Below are positions 27,332-37,230 of a stretch of 64,000 nt of DNA, one piece after another. The notes under the pieces were generated by a model. The model saw only the letters and a list, made by a program, of their open reading frames with translations. It did no database searches and had not been told where the DNA came from. The first letter of the stretch is position 1. Every line of letters starts with the position of its first letter. The position numbers and the translations under genes are program-made. The stretch is taken from NCBI GenBank assembly GCA_905479135.1, contig CAJQLJ010000043.1, positions 3,433 to 67,432 on the forward strand, given 5' to 3'. The DNA comes from an uncultured Campylobacterales bacterium (GTDB taxonomy: Bacteria > Campylobacterota > Campylobacteria > Campylobacterales > Arcobacteraceae).

Positions 27332-27985
27332 ATGAAATTATTAAGTAAATTACTTGTATCAACAGCTTTAATTGGTTTATTCTCAACTTCAAGTTTTGCA
27401 GCAGAAGAAACATCAAAGTTTGTTGCAATATCAAAAGGTGTTAAATCAATTGATATGAATTTAAATGGTGAAAAATTCACTATTATGAGAAATCAGTCTA
27501 AGAGTAGTAAAATATCTCCATTGTATGAAACTACATTTAGAGGTGCTCCACAACCTATGATTATAGCAGAGGGTGCAGAAACTTTAGGAGAATTAGAGTT
27601 TATTGAATACATGAAGAAAGCTCAAACTGATGAAAATATTGCAATTATTGACTCTAGAAAGCCAGGATGGTTTGATAGATTAAGAATTCCTGGTGCTGTA
27701 AATGTACCATTTACAAATTTTGATGAAAAAGATACAGCTATTGAGATGATGGAAGATGAAATGGGTGTTGTTCAAAAAGAAGACGGTACTTTAGACTTTT
27801 CAAATGCTAAGACTTTAGCATTATATTGTAATGGTTACTGGTGTGGTCAAACTCCAGGTATGGTTAAAAATGCAAAATATGCATTATTAAAAATGGGATA
27901 TCCAGCTGAGAAGATTAAATACTACAGAGGTGGTATGCAAGCTTGGACGTCTTTAGGTTTTACTGTTGTAGGATCTGGTAAATAA
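27332..27985 (+). CDS. Periplasmic rhodanese-domain sulfurtransferase
   Basis: Signal peptide; IDSR...IPGAVNVP, YCNGYWCGQ, YRGGMQAW. Confidence 0.9.
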   Translation: MKLLSKLLVSTALIGLFSTSSFAAEETSKFVAISKGVKSIDMNLNGEKFTIMRNQSKSSKISPLYETTFRGAPQPMIIAEGAETLGELEFIEYMKKAQTDENIAIIDSRKPGWFDRLRIPGAVNVPFTNFDEKDTAIEMMEDEMGVVQKEDGTLDFSNAKTLALYCNGYWCGQTPGMVKNAKYALLKMGYPAEKIKYYRGGMQAWTSLGFTVVGSGK

Positions 27986-28008
27986 AAAACAATTAAATAG
28001 GAACAAAC

Positions 28009-29772
28009 ATGAGTAAATTAAGTAGAAGAGAATTTATATATATGATGTCAGTACTTGGTGCTGCTCCTGTATTTGCAAATTCTCATACTAGAATGACAGA
28101 TACTAATAAATTAGATGATTATTATAAATTACAGAATTTTGGAAATGTAAGACTTCTTCATATGACAGATTCTCATGCTCAATTAATGCCTGTATATTTT
28201 AGAGAGCCTAGTGTGAATTTAGGTTTCCATGAAAACTATGGAAAACCGCCTCATATTGTAGGTGAAAAAATGCTAGATTACTATGGTATTAAAGGTAATA
28301 AAAGATTAGAATATGCATTTTCTTCAGTAAATTTTGAAAAACATGCTAAAGCTATGGGTAGAGTTGGTGGCTTTGCACAACTTAAAACTGTTATTGATCA
28401 TTTAAGAAACAATTTTGGTGCTGATAAAACACTTATGTTAGATGGTGGAGATACTTGGCAAGGTAGTGCAACTGCTCTTTACACTAGAGGTAAAGATATG
28501 GTTGGTGCAATGAACTTGCTAGGTGTTGATATTGCTGTTGGACACTGGGAATTTACATATAAGGCTGAAGAAGTTTTAGCTAATGTAAAAGAACTTAATG
28601 CAGAATTCTTAGCACAAAATGTTAAAGTAAAAGATGATGCTTTATTTGATGGTGCTGAAGCTTATGATGAAGATACTGGTCATGCTTTTAAACCATATAC
28701 AATTAAAAAAATGGGTAACGCTAGAGTTGCTGTAATTGGTCAAGCTTTCCCATATACTACTATTGCTAATCCACAAAGATTTATTCCAGATTGGACTTTT
28801 GGAATTAAAGATGAAGAGATGCAAGAATTAGTTGATACAATTAGAGAAGAAGAAAAACCAGATGCTGTTATTGTTCTTTCTCATAATGGTTTTGATGTTG
28901 ATCAGAAAATGGCAGAAGTTTGTACTGGTATTGACTTTATAATGGGTGGTCATACTCATGATGGTGTTCCAGAAGCTGTTCCTGTGAAAAATGAAAATGG
29001 TACTACTTATGTATGTAATGCTGGTTCAAATGGTAAATTCTTAAATGTTCTTGATTTAGATATTAAAAATGGAAAAATCGTAGATCATAGATTTACTCTT
29101 TTACCAATTTTTTCTGATTTAGTTCCTGAAGATAAAGAAATGAAAGCATATATTGAAAAAGTTAGACTACCTTATATCAAAGAATTAAATAGAACAATTG
29201 CAACAACTGAAGAAACTTTGTTTAGACGAGGTAACTTTAATGGTTCATGGGATCAAATTATTTGTGATGCTTTAATTGATGTTAAAGGTGCAGATATTTC
29301 ACTTTCTCCTGGATTTAGATGGGGTACAACAGTTATGCCTGGTCAAGATATTACATTTGACGATTTAATGACTCAAACAGCTATGACTTATCCAGAAACA
29401 TATGCTAGAGATATTACAGGACAAGGTATTAAAGACATTCTAGAAGATGTTGCTGATAACTTATTCAATGCTGATCCTTTCTATCAACAAGGTGGAGATA
29501 TGGTTAGAACAGGTGGTATTTCTTATACAATTGATCCTAAAGCTAAGATGGGTAATAGAATTACAAATCTTCAACTTACAAAAAATGGTAAAAAACTTGA
29601 AGCTAGTAAATCTTACAAAGTTGCAGGTTGGTCTACAGTTGGTGCTAAATCACCTGGTGAACCAGTATGGGAAACAGTTGAAACTTACTTAGGTAATGTA
29701 AAACACATTGCTAACTTAAGAGTTGATACTCCTGATATTATTGGTGTAAAAAACAATCCTGGAATAGTTTAG
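28009..29772 (+). CDS. soxB: Thiosulfohydrolase SoxB
   Basis: Tat SRREF; HMTDSHAQL.PVYFREPS.NLG, DGGDTWQG, GHWEF, GGHTH, QGGDMVR. Confidence 0.98.
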   Translation: MSKLSRREFIYMMSVLGAAPVFANSHTRMTDTNKLDDYYKLQNFGNVRLLHMTDSHAQLMPVYFREPSVNLGFHENYGKPPHIVGEKMLDYYGIKGNKRLEYAFSSVNFEKHAKAMGRVGGFAQLKTVIDHLRNNFGADKTLMLDGGDTWQGSATALYTRGKDMVGAMNLLGVDIAVGHWEFTYKAEEVLANVKELNAEFLAQNVKVKDDALFDGAEAYDEDTGHAFKPYTIKKMGNARVAVIGQAFPYTTIANPQRFIPDWTFGIKDEEMQELVDTIREEEKPDAVIVLSHNGFDVDQKMAEVCTGIDFIMGGHTHDGVPEAVPVKNENGTTYVCNAGSNGKFLNVLDLDIKNGKIVDHRFTLLPIFSDLVPEDKEMKAYIEKVRLPYIKELNRTIATTEETLFRRGNFNGSWDQIICDALIDVKGADISLSPGFRWGTTVMPGQDITFDDLMTQTAMTYPETYARDITGQGIKDILEDVADNLFNADPFYQQGGDMVRTGGISYTIDPKAKMGNRITNLQLTKNGKKLEASKSYKVAGWSTVGAKSPGEPVWETVETYLGNVKHIANLRVDTPDIIGVKNNPGIV

Positions 29773-29795
29773 TATTTCAAAATAAATAATGAAAA

Positions 29796-29824
29796 AGTAT
29801 AAAGATATTTCTTTATACTCTTTT
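29796..29824 (+). terminator. Terminator-like hairpin after soxB
   Basis: AGTATAAAGA-tatt-TCTTTATACT followed by CTTTT. Confidence 0.6.
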
Positions 29825-29889
29825 CAATTTAATAAGTGTTTGATTTTTAAAATAGAAAACACTTATTAAATTGAAAAAAGGAACACTAA

Positions 29890-30696
29890 TTGATTAAAAA
29901 AAGTGTTGTATTATTTGCTATTATTCTTATTAGTAGTTTAAATGCAAATTATGAAAGAGGTCAAGAGATCTTTTTAGAGAAATGTTCATCTTGCCATGGT
30001 AATTTTATTGAGATGAAACTATTAAAAAAAAACTTTTTTGAAAAAGATAATAAACTTTTAAATCTTAGAAGTCCAACTGTAAACATGTTAGCTTATGCAA
30101 TTATGGATAGCCCAAAGCGTATAGGTGATAAAGAAGATCCTGAAATGCAGCAGATTGAAATAGAAGAGTATTTAAATACTTATTTAAGAACTCCTGATTT
30201 AAATAATTCTATTTGTGAACCCTCTATAATAAAATATTACGATGAGAAGAAATCTGTTGATTACAGATTAAGTGAAAAAGACATTTTTAGTTTAGCAGTT
30301 TTTTTTATGGAATATAAAAAAGAAAGACTAAAAAAGAATCCAAAAAAGATAAGAGTGTTATCAAATAATTTTAATGAAAATAAATTACTTGTTGAAGCAA
30401 AAGAAACTAATAAAAAAATTTTAGTTTATGCTACTTCTAAAACATGTCATTTTTGTAAAAAAATGGATAAAGAAGTACTTAGTCTAAGCGATATAGAAAA
30501 AGAAATTAAAAAAGATTATATATTTTTAAAAGTAGATATAGAAGATTTTTCTTTGCCTTTTGGTCTTATCAAAGAATTTAAAGGAATGACACCAACTTTT
30601 TTTGCTCTTAATGATGAGGGAGAACTTCAAAATAAATATCCAGGTTCTTGGAATAAAAGAGATTTTTTAATTATATTAAAGGAAAATAATAAATAA
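29890..30696 (+). CDS. Cytochrome c / SoxW-like thioredoxin fusion
   Basis: Signal peptide; N-terminal CSSCH heme motif; C-terminal thioredoxin fold with CHFC and TPT cis-Pro loop. Confidence 0.82.
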   Translation: MIKKSVVLFAIILISSLNANYERGQEIFLEKCSSCHGNFIEMKLLKKNFFEKDNKLLNLRSPTVNMLAYAIMDSPKRIGDKEDPEMQQIEIEEYLNTYLRTPDLNNSICEPSIIKYYDEKKSVDYRLSEKDIFSLAVFFMEYKKERLKKNPKKIRVLSNNFNENKLLVEAKETNKKILVYATSKTCHFCKKMDKEVLSLSDIEKEIKKDYIFLKVDIEDFSLPFGLIKEFKGMTPTFFALNDEGELQNKYPGSWNKRDFLIILKENNK

Positions 30697-31146
30697 ATGA
30701 AAGATATTGGAAATGTAATTGGAATTTTTAGTGCTGATAAAACTTCATCAGGACTTCCTCGACCAACTGTGAAAGAACTAGAAATCTTAAGAGGCTTTGG
30801 TATTAAAAATGATAAGTTTGCAGGAAAAGATGAAGATAAATCTGTAATGATTGTAGGAATGAAAGCTTATGATATAGCAAAATCGAATGGAATAAACTTA
30901 GAATTTGGAAGTTTTGGTGAAAACATATTATTTGATTTTGATCCACATGAATTTGATATAGGAACAATTTTAAAAGTAGGTGAAGTTGAACTACAAATAA
31001 CTCAAGCTTGTACAATTTGTAATCACTTGAGTGTTTTTGGTAAAGAATTACCTTTTTTAGTAAAGTATCACAGAGGTTTATATTGTAGAGTTTTAAATAA
31101 TGGTAGAATTATAAAAGATATACATGTTAGTAAAAAGGACAATTAA
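30697..31146 (+). CDS. MOSC-domain protein
   Basis: GI.NDKF, FGENI, QITQACTIC, RGLYCRVL..G.I. Confidence 0.9.
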   Translation: MKDIGNVIGIFSADKTSSGLPRPTVKELEILRGFGIKNDKFAGKDEDKSVMIVGMKAYDIAKSNGINLEFGSFGENILFDFDPHEFDIGTILKVGEVELQITQACTICNHLSVFGKELPFLVKYHRGLYCRVLNNGRIIKDIHVSKKDN

Positions 31147-31583
31147 TGAAAAAAATAATTCTAATACTTTTAATTACAATTTTTTCTTATGCTGAATCTA
31201 CATTTTCAGATCCACAACCAAATTTTGACGATCCACGAAAACTAGTTGTTAGATTATATGATGCAGACATTGATAAGACAAATCATATAATAGGTACTAT
31301 TTATAATATTTTAAAGGAGTATCCTTCTGAAACTTTAAAAGTTGTAGTAATAACTTACGGTCCTGGAATGAGACACATAAAAAAAGATGGTGATGCTAAT
31401 ACTATTCAAAGAATTCAGTCTTTAATGGAATATGATGTCGAATTTTATGGATGTAGAAATACTATGGAAACTATGAAATGGACAGAAGAAGATTTTATAG
31501 AAGATATTATATATGTACAAGCAGGAATTGTTGAAGCTATTGAAAAACAAGTTGAAGGTTTCATAGGAATTACTCCTTATTAA
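31146..31583 (+). CDS. DsrE/F-like protein with signal peptide
   Basis: VVITYGPG, F.GCRNTM, V.AGIVE.IEKQ.EGF. Confidence 0.85.
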   Translation: MKKIILILLITIFSYAESTFSDPQPNFDDPRKLVVRLYDADIDKTNHIIGTIYNILKEYPSETLKVVVITYGPGMRHIKKDGDANTIQRIQSLMEYDVEFYGCRNTMETMKWTEEDFIEDIIYVQAGIVEAIEKQVEGFIGITPY

Positions 31584-31596
31584 AACCTTCTATTAA

Positions 31597-31629
31597 AAAA
31601 TTATAAATCCTAAAAGGATTTATAATTTT
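31597..31629. terminator. Bidirectional terminator
   Basis: AAAATTATAAATCCT-aaa-AGGATTTATAATTTT between convergent genes. Confidence 0.8.
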
Positions 31630-32932
31630 ATTCTTCAAACTCCATCATTTCATAAAGTCTTGAAGCATTTAATCTAGCTAATTCTTTAAACGTATCTAAA
31701 TGCGCATAAGCTGATTGATCGATCTCATAAGCTTCATAACCTTCATCTAAAGCTTCAGCAACTTTTTCTCTTAAAAATTCAATATACCCTTTTGTATATT
31801 TTGTTACAGTTGGCATATCTGTTACATCTCCATGACCTGGGATTACTATTTTTGCATTCAATAATTCTAGTTTTTCCCAAGCTTCTAGCCATTTTCTTGT
31901 ATTAGTTATTTCAAAAATAGGTAGCATTCTTTGATGAAATGCTAAATCTCCTGCAAATAGAATTTTTTCTTTCTCTAACCATATTGCAATATCACTATGT
32001 TCATGTGCATAGCCAAAGTATTTTGCTTCAACAATTCTATTTCCTAAATCAAAACGCATATTATCCTTGAATGTTTCATCTGGAATTATTACTTTTGTTG
32101 AAAGTGCTTTATCTCTATAGGTTCTTTTATGCCTAGTTAAGATATTTTCACCCTTTTGAATAATTTCTTTTTTTGCAATTTCATGTGAAATAATACTAGC
32201 ACCTTGTTCTTTCCAATATGAAGACCCAAGCATAGCATGACCTTGCGAATTTTCTAATACAACATACTTAACAGGTTTATTCGAAATTTTCTTTATTTCT
32301 TCATGGAAACTTTTTGCAAGTAAATAATTAGCTCCTGCATTCCAAACTAAGATAGATTCATCTCCAATAACAAATCCTAAATTATTATTGTGACCAGTGT
32401 TTTCATAAGTAGCTGGTTGTGTAGCACCTATTGAAGTATAAACACCTTTTGCAACTTCTTTAACTGGATTATATAAAAATGAATTCAAAACAAAATCTTT
32501 TGATGAAATAGCTAGATTTTTTTCTTTCCATACTTTAAAGCTATCTTGATAATAAAGTACGTTTTTGTAGCCTAAATCTTTTAATCTTTTAGCTGCAAAA
32601 AGTGATTTGCTACCATTGAAACAGTGAACAACAAATGTTTCATCTTCTTTTACTTCTTCTTGTATTAAAAATTCTAAGTTAGCTCTTGGGATATTCGTAA
32701 CTCTATTAGCTTTTATATATCCTCCTTGTTTTAGAATCTCATCTTTTTCTCTTACATCAATAATATTTGTATTAGGGTTCTTTTTTAAAAGAGCAACTAA
32801 TTCGTCTGTTGTAATAATCTTTGCTTCTTTTAGTGCATTTTCTCTTACATCATCTAAGCTTAGTGCATGTATGTTAGATAAGAAAATACAGAAAATAAAG
32901 ATTCCAATTTGTGTAAATTTGTTAGTGAACAA
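31628..32932 (-). CDS. Rhodanese + SoxH-like metallo-beta-lactamase-fold fusion
   Basis: Signal peptide; rhodanese domain (IDVRE...VHCFNG); SoxH-type MBL domain (YENTGHNNNLGF, ENSQGHAMLG, AGD, IPGHG). Confidence 0.85.
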   Translation of the reverse strand: MFTNKFTQIGIFIFCIFLSNIHALSLDDVRENALKEAKIITTDELVALLKKNPNTNIIDVREKDEILKQGGYIKANRVTNIPRANLEFLIQEEVKEDETFVVHCFNGSKSLFAAKRLKDLGYKNVLYYQDSFKVWKEKNLAISSKDFVLNSFLYNPVKEVAKGVYTSIGATQPATYENTGHNNNLGFVIGDESILVWNAGANYLLAKSFHEEIKKISNKPVKYVVLENSQGHAMLGSSYWKEQGASIISHEIAKKEIIQKGENILTRHKRTYRDKALSTKVIIPDETFKDNMRFDLGNRIVEAKYFGYAHEHSDIAIWLEKEKILFAGDLAFHQRMLPIFEITNTRKWLEAWEKLELLNAKIVIPGHGDVTDMPTVTKYTKGYIEFLREKVAEALDEGYEAYEIDQSAYAHLDTFKELARLNASRLYEMMEFEE

Positions 32933-33011
32933 AACCTCTCCTTAAGTTATAATATTTTATTATAAGTAAATTATTCATATATTTAAATTAAACACAATTA
33001 AGGGGTAGCTT

Positions 33012-33794
33012 ATGTTAAAAAATATTTTAGTTATGGTTTTGTTTTTTTCAACAAGTTTTTTATTTTCAAAAACAATTTCAAGTGAAGAATGTCAACAAAA
33101 AGAAGATGGGTTTGTATATGCTGGTGGTGAGTGTATAAATTATGCTATGTTTGAAGGTGATGACAATGAGAAGTTAATTATTATCGTTCATGGTACATGG
33201 GATGAAGGGAGCAATGTTTTAGGTAGGTATGCGCCTTTTGCAGAAAATGTAAATATGTCAACAGATTTAACTACAATTGCAGTTGCACTTCCTGGATATT
33301 CATCATCATCTCTTAATAAGTTAAAATCAATAGGCAGTAAAGAATATAATCATCAAGCAGCTACAAAGGAATATGTAGAGTTTTTAGAAAAATTAGTTGT
33401 TGCATTAAAAGATAAATACGAAAGTAAAGAAATTACATTAGTAGGTCATTCAGCTGGAGCTATGATGAGTGCTTCATTAGCTGGCTTAAACAATACATTA
33501 TTAAATAATGTAGTATTAGTAGCTGGAAGATATGAAAGACCAGATTATGCAAATGAAAAACACCTTTTAGCTATAGATGTTCTTGATAAAATGAATAAAA
33601 ATTCAAAGTTTGTTATGACTTATGGTACTAAAGATAAAATTTCAAAACCAAGTGTTACAAAAGATTTCTATAATAAAATGAAAACACAAGGTTTAAATGT
33701 AAAATTAGTTGAAGTTAAAGATGCAGCTCATATAGATTTAGATATGACGGATAAAAATGTAGAGGCAATTGCTGAACTATTTGAAGAAGAATAA
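33012..33794 (+). CDS. Exported alpha/beta hydrolase
   Basis: Signal peptide; HG, GHSAG nucleophile elbow, G.KD, AAH triad. Confidence 0.88.
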   Translation: MLKNILVMVLFFSTSFLFSKTISSEECQQKEDGFVYAGGECINYAMFEGDDNEKLIIIVHGTWDEGSNVLGRYAPFAENVNMSTDLTTIAVALPGYSSSSLNKLKSIGSKEYNHQAATKEYVEFLEKLVVALKDKYESKEITLVGHSAGAMMSASLAGLNNTLLNNVVLVAGRYERPDYANEKHLLAIDVLDKMNKNSKFVMTYGTKDKISKPSVTKDFYNKMKTQGLNVKLVEVKDAAHIDLDMTDKNVEAIAELFEEE

Positions 33795-33869
33795 GTACTT
33801 TCAACTTTAATATATTAATATGTGTGTTTATAGTAATATAATGAAATAAAAATCATTATAGGACTATAA

Positions 33870-35036
33870 ATGGACAAAAAAAAACAACTTATATTCAATT
33901 TAAATAATTTCTTACTTTCAACTTCTCATACACTTGATTTCATAGAGTCTCAATATAATAATACAAAAACTAATCATTCAAAAAGAGTTGCATTCTTATC
34001 TTTAAAAATTGGACAAAAATTAAAATTAAATCCTGAAGAAATGTTTGATTTATGTGCTTATTCTCTATGTCATGATATTGCTTTAAATGAAACAAAAGAT
34101 AAAGAAAAAAAATTTGCAATGCTTAGTGAAGAAAAAATAAAATATTTTCCTTTTATTTCAAAGAATAACAATATATTAAAATATCAAAATGAAAATGTAG
34201 ATGGTAGTGGTATTTTTGGACTAAAAAAAGATGAAATACCCTTACTTTCTAAAATATTAAACTTCGCTCATACTTTAGATGAAAAATTTAATTTATCAGA
34301 AAAAAATATACAAAATAGAAAAGAAATCATATCTTTTGTAAAAAGTTCAAGTAATACAGTCTTTGATGATAATATTTCAAAGATATTTTTAGATCTATGC
34401 AAAGAAATAGAATTTTGGATTGATATTCAAAATGAAAATGATATTTTACAATTTATTTTCAATAATTTACATGATTTTACTACAGCATTAGATTTTGAAA
34501 AAGTTCTAGGTATTACAAAACAATTTTTCTATATCTTGGAGAAAGATTCAACATTTATTTCAGATTGTGAAAAAATGTGTACTTTCTATGAATTTGAAGA
34601 TAAAGATAAGTATACATTTTTAATTTCTGCATCAATGAGTAAATTAGGAAAGTTACTTATTCCTTTAAAGATTTTAGAAAAAGAAGATAGCTTAAATATC
34701 AATGAATATGAGGAAATTAAAGCATATCCTTATCATAATAAAAAAATATTAAGTAATATTATGGGATTTAATGATATTGCATTATTAAGTTGTAAAATAC
34801 AAGAATTACTTGATGGCAGTGGATATCCTTATAATATTAGTGCTAAAGATATGAGTTTAAAAGATAGATTAATAGGAACCGTAAATATATATTCCTCTTT
34901 AATTCAAAAGAAAAGTTATAGAAATTCACATTCGAAAATTCAGGCTTTTGATATATTAAAAGAAATGGCAAGTAATAAAAAAGTAGATAATTCTATAATA
35001 ATGGATATGAATAAGGTATTAGTAGAAAAGATGTAG
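33870..35036 (+). CDS. Tandem HD-GYP-like protein (degenerate)
   Basis: HSKRV, HDI, ENVDGSG; second domain ELLDGSGYP lacking HD. Confidence 0.8.
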   Translation: MDKKKQLIFNLNNFLLSTSHTLDFIESQYNNTKTNHSKRVAFLSLKIGQKLKLNPEEMFDLCAYSLCHDIALNETKDKEKKFAMLSEEKIKYFPFISKNNNILKYQNENVDGSGIFGLKKDEIPLLSKILNFAHTLDEKFNLSEKNIQNRKEIISFVKSSSNTVFDDNISKIFLDLCKEIEFWIDIQNENDILQFIFNNLHDFTTALDFEKVLGITKQFFYILEKDSTFISDCEKMCTFYEFEDKDKYTFLISASMSKLGKLLIPLKILEKEDSLNINEYEEIKAYPYHNKKILSNIMGFNDIALLSCKIQELLDGSGYPYNISAKDMSLKDRLIGTVNIYSSLIQKKSYRNSHSKIQAFDILKEMASNKKVDNSIIMDMNKVLVEKM

Positions 35037-35049
35037 TATTTTAAAATGA

Positions 35050-35088
35050 TAAGCAATTTAAATAGTATTAAAATATCTAAATTGCTTA
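35050..35088. terminator. Hairpin between convergent genes
   Basis: TAAGCAATTTA...TAAATTGCTTA inverted repeat. Confidence 0.6.
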
Positions 35089-35103
35089 ATTGAAAAATCT
35101 TTT

Positions 35104-35778
35104 TTAGTTTGGTTTAATAGTAGGAAGTCCTAAAGTAAGCCATGATTGTATACCACCTCTATACCATTTAAGCTTCTCTTCTGGATAACCAATAGCAATT
35201 AAATTTTTCATAGATAAAGGAGATTGTCCACACCAAACACCATTACAAAAAAGTAATAATTCTTTAGCATTTGAAAAGTCATAACCATCTTTTGTAACTT
35301 CAACTCCAATAATATCAAGTGCATCTAAAAAGTCATCTGGATATTGTCCTTTATTTAAATGAATAAATGGTAGATTTACTGCACTAGGAATAGTTTGATT
35401 TAAGAACCAATCAACAGTTCTTGAGTCTACTAAAAGCATATTTTCATTATCTTTTGCTTTATCAATAAAATCTAAAACTTCTACTTCACCATATGTTTCA
35501 ATGTTTGGTGAAAACTTAATAGGAGATATTTTTCCTAAATATTTGATTACAGTAGTTTTACAATTTTCTGGTACATTTTCATTAACTAAATTACCCCCTA
35601 AAATATTTTTTGCAGAAAACTTTACAGTTTTACAATTTTTAGGTGTTTCTCTTTTAATTAAAATATTTTTTTCTTCATCATTTGAATCTGTATATGTAGC
35701 ATTAACACCAATACTTTGTAGGTCATTAGCACACAAAAATAAACTTGCTAATAAACTTGATATTATAATTTTTTTCAT
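35104..35778 (-). CDS. Periplasmic rhodanese-domain protein (paralog of 27332..27985)
   Basis: Signal peptide; VDSR...TIPSAVNLP, FCNGVWCGQS, YRGGIQSW. Confidence 0.9.
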   Translation of the reverse strand: MKKIIISSLLASLFLCANDLQSIGVNATYTDSNDEEKNILIKRETPKNCKTVKFSAKNILGGNLVNENVPENCKTTVIKYLGKISPIKFSPNIETYGEVEVLDFIDKAKDNENMLLVDSRTVDWFLNQTIPSAVNLPFIHLNKGQYPDDFLDALDIIGVEVTKDGYDFSNAKELLLFCNGVWCGQSPLSMKNLIAIGYPEEKLKWYRGGIQSWLTLGLPTIKPN

Positions 35779-35935
35779 TTTAAATCCTTTATTTTCATTT
35801 TTTATAATTATATATTATTTATGTAAAATTTTAGTAAAAATTGAATAAATTTTCACGATATTAGAATTATATAAAATTTAGGTATAATTTCGAAATTTTA
35901 AAAATAGAAATGATGAAGGTTATTAAGGAAATATT

Positions 35936-37216
35936 ATGAATGATAACAAAGTAGAATTATTATCACCCGCAGGAAATTTAGAAAAATTAAAAATCGCAAT
36001 TAACTATGGTGCTGATGCAGTTTATGCTGGAGTTAGTCACTTTAGTTTAAGAATTAGAGCAGGAAAAGAGTTTACTTTTGAAACTTTTAAAGAAGGTATT
36101 GATTATGCACATGCACGTGGAAAAAAAGTTTATGCAACTATTAATGGATTTCCATTCAATTCACAAATTGATTTACTAAAGAAACATATTGAAAATATGG
36201 CAAAAGTAAAACCTGATGGTTTTATTGTAGCTGCTCCTGGTGTTGTTAAGTTATGTAGAGAAATTGCACCAGATATTGATGTTCATTTATCAACACAAGC
36301 AAATGTATTAAATTACTTAGATGCTCAAGTTTTTTGGGATTTGGGTGTAAAAAGAATTGTAGTAGCACGTGAAATTTCATTAAAAGATGTAATAGAAATT
36401 AAAAAGCATTTACCTGATATGGAAATTGAAATTTTTGTACATGGTTCTATGTGTTTTGCATATTCAGGTAGATGTTTAATATCTGCAGTTCAAAGTGGTC
36501 GTGTTCCAAATAGAGGATCATGTGCAAATGACTGTAGATTTGATTATACTTTATATGCAGAAAGTGAAAAAGAAGGTACTTTGTTTAGATTAGAAGAAGA
36601 TCCAGGTGTTGGAACATATATTTTTAATTCAAAAGATATGAATCTAGCTTCACATATTCAAGAGATTATGGATTCAGGTGCAGTTGATTCACTTAAAATT
36701 GAAGGACGAACTAAATCACCTTATTATGCAGCTGTTACAGCTAATGCTTATAGAGAGGCTATTGATGATTATTATGCTGATACATTTGATGCAGATAAAT
36801 ATCAAAGAGAATTACATACTACTAAAAATAGAGGCTTTACAGATGCTTATTTAGTACATAGACCATTTAATAAGTTAGACTCTCAAAACCACGATTATGC
36901 AATCTCAAAAGGTTCTTATGAAGTTACTGGTTTAATTACAGAAGATGAAAAGCATTTTATGTGTAAATATAAGGTTTTTCCAAATCAAGATATTGAAATA
37001 TTTGCTCCAAGAGATACTCAAATTGTAGAGTGCGATAATGAAATTGGAAAAATATTTAGAAGAGAAGATGGTGTTTACTTTATTAATTTTAAAAAAATAT
37101 TAACAGAAACTAATAAAGAGATGGAATCAGTTCATAGTGGTAATGTAAATAAAATTCAACTACCAGGAACTTTACCTTATTTAACTATGTTAAGAACTGA
37201 AAATACAGAATTATAA
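35936..37216 (+). CDS. U32-family peptidase-like protein (probable tRNA hydroxylase TrhP/YegQ type)
   Basis: ELLSPAG, GADAVY, HLSTQAN, HGSMCFAYSGRC...CANDCR, SLKIEGR. Confidence 0.93.
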   Translation: MNDNKVELLSPAGNLEKLKIAINYGADAVYAGVSHFSLRIRAGKEFTFETFKEGIDYAHARGKKVYATINGFPFNSQIDLLKKHIENMAKVKPDGFIVAAPGVVKLCREIAPDIDVHLSTQANVLNYLDAQVFWDLGVKRIVVAREISLKDVIEIKKHLPDMEIEIFVHGSMCFAYSGRCLISAVQSGRVPNRGSCANDCRFDYTLYAESEKEGTLFRLEEDPGVGTYIFNSKDMNLASHIQEIMDSGAVDSLKIEGRTKSPYYAAVTANAYREAIDDYYADTFDADKYQRELHTTKNRGFTDAYLVHRPFNKLDSQNHDYAISKGSYEVTGLITEDEKHFMCKYKVFPNQDIEIFAPRDTQIVECDNEIGKIFRREDGVYFINFKKILTETNKEMESVHSGNVNKIQLPGTLPYLTMLRTENTEL

Positions 37217-37230
37217 TCACGTAAAAACAG

